DNA of 64,000 bases from the human T2T-CHM13v2.0 reference genome, Homo sapiens, in NCBI RefSeq assembly GCF_009914755.1, contig NC_060934.1; one strand, given 5' to 3'. Shown piece by piece: positions 55,511-64,000 of the stretch. Within the stretch, counting starts at the first letter, position 1; every line of letters begins with the position of its first letter. The notes under the pieces were generated by a model, which saw nothing but the letters and a program-made list of their open reading frames with translations, made no database searches and was not told where the DNA came from. The position numbers and the translations under genes are program-made.

Positions 55511-56772
55511 GCAGGTTTTCTAGATGACTTTCATGGGTTTGTAATACACAAGTGCTATTAAAAAGTTCCCTTTAAGAGAATCTCTGCTAGTCATCATCAT
55601 TAACCAGCCCCATCGCAATCAATACACTACCCCCATTGTGTACAGAAGTCTTGAGAATTTACATCAACTCGCAGTTTCTAATCCCAAGCTTCAGTCTTGC
55701 CATCAGCTGAGAAATAAATGCATACACATACACATAATGTTTCTTTGCATTAATAATGAAAAATGACTAATGCTCACAAACAACCGTTTGGAATCAAGAC
55801 ACGCTTCCTGTTCAAACCATCATATGTTCACTCAGCTTTGTCGGCCAGTGATAGAGCAATTTTGAGGGTTTTATTCCGTTAGCTGACAGCTCCCCAGACA
55901 GACTACACAGCCATCTGAAGTTTCCAAATAAACTAGCAGACCGTTCTTGAATGGGTTTTTCACATTTCTTTCTTTCTTTGGATTCAGAATGAGAATGGCT
56001 TTCCCATGACTTGCTTTGAGGGCTAGTTTGAGCTATACTTCCTCGGGGCTACAAATGTCCACTATCATGAAGTTCATCACACCCAAAACCTCAGTCGAGG
56101 GAAAGGGACTGGAGAAAGACTTTGCTGACTGATGAGCAAAACTTAGATCCATGTCAGGGAAACAGATGGCATCACCACAGTCAAAACCTCCCCTCTATAA
56201 TCACTCATCTGAGTAAATATACAAGAGTCAGTAGCAGCAGACACCTTTGCAGAATTTACAGATGGGAAACTCAAGGAGAAGGTTCAGTAATGTGTTTGAT
56301 GTCCCACATTGACAGGGTTTAATGCTAGGACTGTCACCTAGGAGTCTGTGTACCTAATTCATTCCTTAATTACCTACATTCTCTGAGCTTTAATTTCTTC
56401 ATCTCTAAAATAAAAGCAGTAAAATTGAACCTAGTGATAACTTGATAAGAAGTAATGATAGGATTCAACAAAAGCCTCAGTGCAGCATGTGGTGCACCAT
56501 GAGCAAGCAATCCACATTAAATCCCTTCCATTCATTACAAAAAAGGATTCATATCACACATCTTCCAGAACAGGTGCAGTCTGAAGTGATATTGCTTGCT
56601 TCAATTATACCAAATTTGGAAAAGAAGTCAAACAACCAGCTTTGAAAGGGAAGCATTTTAAAGGAATAATGATCCAAATTGGAGAAAAGAGAAATGAAAC
56701 AGTAAAAATGTCTATGTGAGCACTATATACTTTCAAACACTTTGCCCAGGTGGTGGGATTTACTGATCAAAG

Positions 56773-56967
56773 TAGAAAATAAGTGGTTTTCAGCACGTGC
56801 TCTCAAAGTATGGATATATTTTATTTGTAAGTTATACATACACACATATACAAGTTACTTGTAAAGTATATGTGTATACCTGCAGTATCAGTCCCATGTA
56901 TGTTATACGTATGTTATCCCATGCAACCACCTGTATTTATATGCAAATATCCCATGTGCATTACAAA
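56773..56967 (+). repeat. Local direct duplication C, copy 1 (pairs with 58036-58230)
   Basis: 195 bp ungapped, about 24 mismatches by eye. Confidence 0.92.
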
Positions 56968-57084
56968 TGCCACCAAACCCAATTAAAGGAGTGAACAGGT
57001 AGAGACACACCATGCTGGAATGATGGTGTGAATACTCAGACATTATGTACAGAATGTCCTCCCCTGAGTATTCATAAATGTACA

Positions 57085-57267
57085 GTCAGAGGTAGACCTT
57101 GAAGAGCATGAGGTCAGTGGGTGTGCTCCAGGGACTGTGTGATCCCCTGGAATCCTATGTAAAATATCATATACACATTCATATACACATTTTCTAGAGA
57201 CAAGATCCATATATTTCATCAAATTCTCAGAGTTACGAAAGACCTCTGAAAAAGTCCAGCATCGCTG
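57085..57267 (+). mobile_element. hAT-Charlie MITE (MER103-like)
   Basis: cattttctagagacaagatccatatatttcatcaaattctca...aaaaagtccagcatcgctg. Confidence 0.55.
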
Positions 57268-58035
57268 ATTTACACCAACCTTACCCTTTAGGATCTTCCC
57301 AATCAGTCAGCATACACGTCACTCTCTTCCTAGCTTCTGGTATGGTCTGCAGCCTGATAGAACTTGTAGGGTCCCACCCTTTACTCTTCTGTTCTTTCTA
57401 GAATGCTCCTGACATAGGGAATCAAAGACATTGGAAAGAAGACATTAAAATCAAGAAAATGGCAACCTGTAGACAATTTAGCATGAAAAGCGTTGAGCCT
57501 AGAGTGACTTACACAGATAATCAGTTTGTGTACAGATTGCAAAGCTTTCCTCCGCCTTATACTTGAGGGTGACACTTGGAGAAATCCTGAGGAAATGCTG
57601 TTATAAGGAATTAATCATCAGAAGTTATAGTCAAAACTAATATGAGATCTCAAAAGAGCTCCCAAGTGGAGTTTAGCGGTGGCTCTTCTGTGACACATTC
57701 TAATACAGGGAGAAACTTCATTCTCCTTTCTTGCCTCTGTTTCCTCAGCTAGAACATTAAACAATGGGCCAGGTGATCTCTAATGTCTCATAGACACCAC
57801 CAGTTACTGAGAGTCTACTTTGCTAAATGCCGGGCAATCAACAGGCAGAATCATATCTCCCCCAATCCTCATAGAAAATCTGTAAGGCAACAATGCTTCT
57901 CGGCTCTTCAGTTCTGAAATTCTCTTATCTAACTTGTATAAGGCACTGTGTCTTCACAGCAGGACTTTGAGTAGGACTTGGGTCTCCTGACTCTAGCGTA
58001 AATATTCTTTCCTCTATACCACTAGTCTTGAAACT

Positions 58036-58230
58036 TAGAAAAAAAGTGGTTTTTAGCATGTACTCCCAAAGTATGTATATATTTCATTTGTAAATTATAC
58101 ATACACGCATATACAAATTACTTGTAAAGTACATGTATATACTTGCAGTAATAGTGCCATGTATATCATATGCATATTATCCCATGCAACTACCTGTATT
58201 TATATGCAAATATCCCATGTGTGTTACAAA
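58036..58230 (+). repeat. Local direct duplication C, copy 2
   Basis: Aligns without gaps to 56773-56967. Confidence 0.92.
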
Positions 58231-59345
58231 ATATATACAGATGGAAATTTGAAAGTGATGAGCTAAAATTTTAATACTGAATTATTTGTTGCAGGTACGA
58301 AATTGTACTCTTACTAAAAGGGATTATGACTAATATTTTAGGGAGCATAATGGAATTGATTATACATCATTTTAAAAAATTGGTTAAATCCCTTGTGATT
58401 TAGCAGTTTATGGATCTGTGTCTAATATAATTTAGACTATTGCCCTACATGGATTTAGTGGCTGTTGTAATCTAGGCAAAGACAGATAAGCTTTGATTGT
58501 GCCAAATCTTAGTTTTTAGTCCCCTCCATTCAGCATACAAATGTTTGTTGAAATTCAGCTAATGCGGTTCCCTCTTCCCAGATGCCAATGAATTGTTTTT
58601 ATTTACTAATCAGAAGGTGCTGCATTTTAATATTTTTGACAAATGGGTTTGGAACTTCTGACAGTCTTTTGCTTAAATTTTTCAAACTGGCTGGAAATTG
58701 GTTTCCAAGTTAAGTGTGAAAACATGAAAGTTTCTATAAGCAATTCACTTAAACCATTTTCTTCAAAAAAGCCACAGGATAGAAACCTTTCCCAAGATTC
58801 ATTTTCAAAATGTTCTGTTTATAGCATGAGATTCTTACAAAAAGTCATTATTTTTCCCCACACTGTTAAGTTATATTTACCTAAAAGGGTAGATTAAATG
58901 CATTTATTACTGCTAGGCAGCACACTCTGACAGCCACTTTTCATCACAGGAAAGGTCAACAATTTGGAGCTCTTGACTTTTGCAAAAGAAAAAAAAAATG
59001 TGCAACTCAACTCCCCATTCACAAATCTCCTAACACTGCCACAAAATGAGCAGCAAACTTCGGTGTCGGAGAAAAGATGTTCACGGTCACCCTTTATCTT
59101 TTCACAAAGCCTGTTAAAGATCTACTATTTAAGAGGACAAAATGTGCTAAAAACTGCTTACCTAGGCACGAATAAACTGATTCATACCCCAATTTTCAGA
59201 AAGCAAGTAGAGAAGGGATGGGGCCAGGTAGAACTCCAGCTCTTCCCTTAGGAACAATAGATAGCTCAGAGACCATCATGCCACGTGGCCGTTGGCCATG
59301 CAGATCAAATGGACATTTGTACATTAAGTATTATCCAGAGATTGG

Positions 59346-59483
59346 GGGTGGGTGCAGTAGCTTGTGGCTGTCATCTCAGCACTTTGGGTCACTGAGTCAG
59401 GAGGATCGTTTGAGACCAGGAATCAAGACCAGCCTGGGCAACATGGTGAGACCCCGTCTGTACAAAAAATAAAAAATAAAAAT
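59346..59483 (+). mobile_element. AluJ left arm / FLAM abutting the truncated L1
   Basis: ggaggatcgtttgagaccagg...gagaccccgtctgtacaaaaaataaaaaata. Confidence 0.85.
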
Positions 59484-62400
59484 AGGTTTTGATAGGTTTT
59501 GTTGCTATTATTGTTCAGCTCAAATAATTTTTTAATTTCTTTTTTTTTTTTTTTTTTTTGAGACAGAGTCTCTCTGTCGCCCAGGCTGAAGTGCAGTGGC
59601 ACAGTCTCAATTCACTGCAACATCTGCCTCCTGGGTCAAATGATCCTCCTGCCTCAGCTTCCCCAGTAGCTGGGACTGAAGGCATGCACCACCACGCCTG
59701 GATAATTTTTTTGTATTTTTTAGTAAAGACAAGTTTCACCATGTTGGCTAGGCTGGTCTCAAACTCCTGACTTCAGGTGATCCACTCAACTTGGTCTCCC
59801 AAAGTGCTGGAGTTACAGGTGTGAGCCATCACACCCAGCCTAATTACAATCTTGATTTCGCTATTGACCCAGTGATCATTCAGGAGCAGGTTACTTAATT
59901 TCCATGTGTTTTCATGGTTTTGAGGGTTCTTTTTGGAGTTTATTTCCAATTTCATTCCACTGTGTTCTCAGAGACTACTTAATATAATTTTGATTTTCTT
60001 AAATTTATTAAGACTTGTTTTGTGGCCTATCATATGCTACTTTGGAAAATGTTTCCAAATGTTTTGGAAAATGTATATTCTGCTGTTGGGTAGAATGTTC
60101 TATAAATATATGTTAGGTCCATTTGTTGTAGGGTATAGTTTAAGTCCATTGTTTCTTTGTTGACTTTCTGTCTTGATGATCTGTTTAGTACTGTCAGTGG
60201 AGTATTAAAGTCCCCCACTATGATTGTGTTGCCATCTGTCTCATTTCTCAGGTCTAGCAGGTTAATTGTTTTATAAATTTGGGAGCTCCAGTGTTAGATG
60301 CATATATATTTAGAATTGTGATATTTTCCTGTTGGACTAGTCCTTTTATCATTATAGTGTCCCTCTTTGTCTTTTATTCCTGCTGTTGCATTAAAGTTTA
60401 TTTTGTCTGATATAAGAATAACTACTCCTGGTCACCTTTGTGTCCATTTGCATGGAATATCTTTTTCCACCCCTTTACCATAAGTTTATGTGAGTCTTTA
60501 TGTGTGACGTGAGTCTCCTGAAGACAGCAGAAACTTGGTTGGTGAATTCTTATCCATTCTGCCATTCTGTATCTTTTAAGTGGAGGATTTAGGCCATTTA
60601 CATTTGATATTAGTATGGAGATGTGAGGTGCTATTCTATTCGTCATGCTATTTGTTGCCTAAATACCTTGTATTTTTTCATTGTGTTATTGTTATATAGG
60701 TCCTGTGAGATTTATGCTTTAAGTAGGTTCTATTTTGGTATATTTCAAGGATTTGTTTCAAGATTTCATGTTTCTTTTAGCAATTCTTGTAGTGCTGGCT
60801 TGGTGGTGGTGGATTCTCTCAGCATTTGTTTGTCTGGAAAATAAGTATCTGTCCTTCATTTATGAAGTTTAGTTTCACTGTATACAGAATTCTTGGCTAA
60901 TCAATTTTTTTGTTTAAGAAGGCTAAAAATAGGACCCCAATCCCTCCTAGCTTGCAGAGTTTCTGCTGAGAAATCTGCTGTTAATCTGGTAGGTTTTCCT
61001 TTATAAGTTATCTGCTTTTGCCTCACAGCTCTTAAGATTCTTTCCTTTGTCTTGACTTTAGATAACCTGATGACTATGTGCCTAGTTGATGATCTTTTTG
61101 TGATGAATTTCCCAGGTGTTCTTTGAACTTCTTCTATTTGGATGTCTAGATTTCTAGCAAGGCTGGGGAAGTTTTCCTCAATTGTTCCCTCAAATATGTT
61201 TTCCAAATTTTTAGATTTTTCTTCCTCAGCAACACCAATTTTTCTTAGGTTTGGACGTTTAACATAGTACCAAACTTCCTGGAGGCTTTGCTCATTTTTT
61301 TTTTAATTCTTTTTGCTTTGTCTTTGATGGATTGGGTTTAATTTGAAAGCCTTGTCTTCGAGCTCTGAAGTTCTTTCTTTTGCTTGTTTGATTCTATTGC
61401 TGAGACTTCCCAGTGCATTTTGCATTTCTCTAAGTGTGTCCTTGATTTCCAGAAGTTGCGATTGTTTTTTATTTATGCTATCTATTTCACTGAAGAATAT
61501 CCCTTTCATATCCTGTATCATGTTTTTGATTTATTTAAATTGGACTTCACTTTTCTCTGGTGCCTCCTTGATTAGCTTAATAACCTTCTGAATTATTTTT
61601 CTGGCAATTTAGAGACTACACCTTGGTTTGGATCTATTGCTGGTGAGCTGGTATGATCTTTTGGAGGAATTAAAGAAACTTGTTTTGTCATATTACCATA
61701 ACTGTTTTTCTGGTTCCTTCTAATTTGGGTAGATTATGTCAGAGGGAAGATCTGGGATTCAAGGGCTGCTGTTCAGATTCTTTCGTCCCACGAGGTGCTC
61801 CCTTGATGTGGTGCTCTCTCCCCTTCCCCTAGGGATGGGGATTCCTGAAACCTGAACTGTAGTGATTGTTTTTGCCCTTCCGGGTCTAGCCACCCAGCAG
61901 AGCTACCAGGCTCCAGGCTGGAACTGGGGAGTGTCGGCAAAGAGTCCTGTGATGTGATTTGTCTTCAGGTCTTGCTGCTGTCAATACTAGCACCTACTCT
62001 GGCAGAGGTAGCAGGGGAGTGAAGTGGGCTCTGTGAGGGTCCTTGGTTGGTTTTTGTTTAGTGCGCTGGTTTTGTGTTGGTTGGCCTCCAGCCAGGAGGG
62101 AGCGCTTTCAAGAGAGCATCAGTTGCGGTCCTTTAGGGAAAATGCAAACTTGCCCTCAAGACACCTGGTTAAGTATTCAGGTTTCTCTGGCAGTGGGCAG
62201 GGCCATAGAGCTCCCAAGAAATTATGACCTTTGTCTTTGGCTACCAGAGCAGGTAGAGAAAGACCACCAGGTGGGGGCAGGGATAGGTGTGTTTGAGCTC
62301 ACCCTCTCCTCGGGCAGGGCTTTCTGGGGCTGCTGTTAGTGATTGGGGGTGTGGTTCCTAGTCCAATGGAGTAATATTCCCTGAAGAATTATGGCTGCCT

Positions 62401-62800
62401 CTGCTGAGTCATACAGGTCATGAGGGAAGTGGGGGAAAGCCAGCAGTCACAGGTCTCACCCCACTCCCACGCAGCCCACAGTCCTAAAGGCCGGTCTCAC
62501 TGCCACCGCATCCCCCCAACGGCACCAAGTCTATTTCCAGGCATCTGGTGGCCAGGACTGAGAACTCGCCCCAGACCACAAGCCTATTGAGAAAGCAAGC
62601 AGACTCACAGTAGTTCGGCATCTCAGGGAGCCTGCAGCAGCGTTCCAGTTCCTTCAGGGGGTCTGTGGATTCTCTCTGCTTTCTTGGTATGCTCCTGAGG
62701 TAGTTCTTGCAAAAGTTCACAGTGTGAGTCTCCACACACTGCCCTGTCCATCCGAGTGGGGGTTGCAAGCTAATCTTGCCTCCACCTCATCATCTTAATC
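59484..62800 (-). mobile_element. L1PB-like element: 5'UTR, ORF1 and ORF2 endonuclease region; 3' half missing
   Basis: ORF1 pieces (IEENFPSLAR..RHIVIRLSKV..RLTADFSAETLQARRDW); EN motifs NVNGLN, CCLQETH, GDFNTPL. Confidence 0.93.
59540..59840 (-). mobile_element. Alu (J/S-like) inserted in L1 ORF2
   Basis: Dimeric Alu; flanks taatttc / taattac. Confidence 0.9.
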
Positions 62801-62802
62801 CT

Positions 62803-63051
62803 AGTGTCTGCATGCATGTGTCTTTAAGGTAGAATGATTTATATTCATCTGGGTATATACCTAGTAATGGGATTGCCAGGTCAAATGGTAGTTCTGCTTT
62901 TAGCTCTTTGAGGAATCACCATACTGCTTTCCACAAGGATTGAACTAATTTACACTGCCACCAACAGTGTATAAGCATTCCCTTTTCTCCACAACCTCGC
63001 CAGCATCTGTTATTTCTTGACTTTTTAATATTAGCCATTCTGACTGGTTTG
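62803..63051 (-). mobile_element. L1PA ORF2-end fragment next to the L1PB 5' end
   Basis: ggtagaatgatttatattc...ggtatatacctagtaatgggattg...gccattctgactgg. Confidence 0.85.
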
Positions 63052-64000
63052 AAGATTTCTTTTAGACAAGGGTTTCTCTGTGTGCTGTTTGTCCCTAGTT
63101 AACCCAGCATGTCCATGCAAAGAACTGTAGTGTCCCTGAGTAACTCTCATCCTCTTCTGTTTCTTCTTACCCAGCCTTCAATGTCAAAACTGATCCCAGC
63201 TCTTTCTCTAAGTCTGTTCCCCACATGTTGGCATTTAATGGTGATATTCTTTCCATTACACCCTAAGACCTCTCTAGAATTGAAGGACCATTTATCCTGT
63301 GCTTACAGTTGTAGCTAAAGGACGTTCTATGTAAGGACATTCTATGACATTCACTCTGATCACCACCTCCACTCGCCTATGAAATAAAGACCCCCTTAGG
63401 CCCCTTTCCTGGGATTCCATGGCCCAGCAGGATGGCATCACAGAGAGTTTTATTATGTTTTCCTGTGAAAATATCATTTGTGCAGAGTTTATTTATAGCT
63501 AACCTCCCTTTCAAAGTGTGAGGATCTACGTATTATAAGAACCACTTTATAAGTCAAGAAGCAAAAACAGAATCACAGCTTTTCAGCGAATTATCTAATA
63601 ATTGGAAAGACTTTGAAAACTTCTGTCCCATTTTCAAAAGGTCAGAGTGTAATTTTTTTTAAATGAATTGTTCCAATAAAGTAGCAGCTGTGTAGAATGA
63701 ATACCTTTTTCTATGCCCACTAAACTGTGATTCATATAAAAGCAAAGGTCTCTTGAACTAATGAATAGCTGTTAAAGTTAAAGATCTGTGCAGAGAATAA
63801 TGTGTAGGTGCAGTTCAGAGAGTCCTGGAATTATAGCCACACTATAATTGAACTCAGGGGTTACAAAAAGAGCTTTGAAGACCAATGATCTCTGTTTACT
63901 CATAGAACAATAAAAGTTAGTAAAAACCTATTTCCAATCATTCACTCTTCCCTCTGAACTAAAATTCCTTCCAGCACAGCACAGGACCTGTGGTGTGGGG

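Noticed and set aside
59773-61521. Endonuclease-like and coiled-coil ORFs
   Set aside because: Broken L1 ORF2 EN and ORF1 pieces of one old element.

Overview
Primate (human-like) non-coding genomic DNA, intergenic or deep intronic. AluY copies point to a catarrhine genome. I find no credible protein-coding exon, RNA gene, CRISPR array or prokaryote-type system. The longer ORFs in the track are Alu read-throughs, decayed L1 ORF1/ORF2 pieces, LTR noise, or one fossil hAT/Charlie transposase (about 54.8-55.5 kb, minus strand). Roughly half of the window is recognisable repeat: about 20 Alu/FLAM/FRAM copies, L1PA/L1PB/L1MB/L1MC-ME fragments, L2, MIR, MaLR solo LTRs (THE1, MST, MLT1), MLT2, LTR16, MER2, a MER103-like element and half a MADE1. 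Subfamily names are by-eye recognition, not RepeatMasker output. The most notable structure these repeats do not explain: (i) three old local non-tandem duplications of 100-270 bp at about 80-88% identity, one inverted and sitting inside an MLT1 LTR; (ii) a CpG-enriched, TE-free block at 28.3-29.4 kb with a TATA-like/Inr/donor/acceptor/donor layout suggesting a lncRNA promoter; (iii) a nested palindrome at 14.4-14.6 kb; (iv) an L1 RT fragment inserted with no tail or TSD; (v) a strong CTCF motif at 53.18 kb. None of these is established as a new biological system; all are hypotheses to test.
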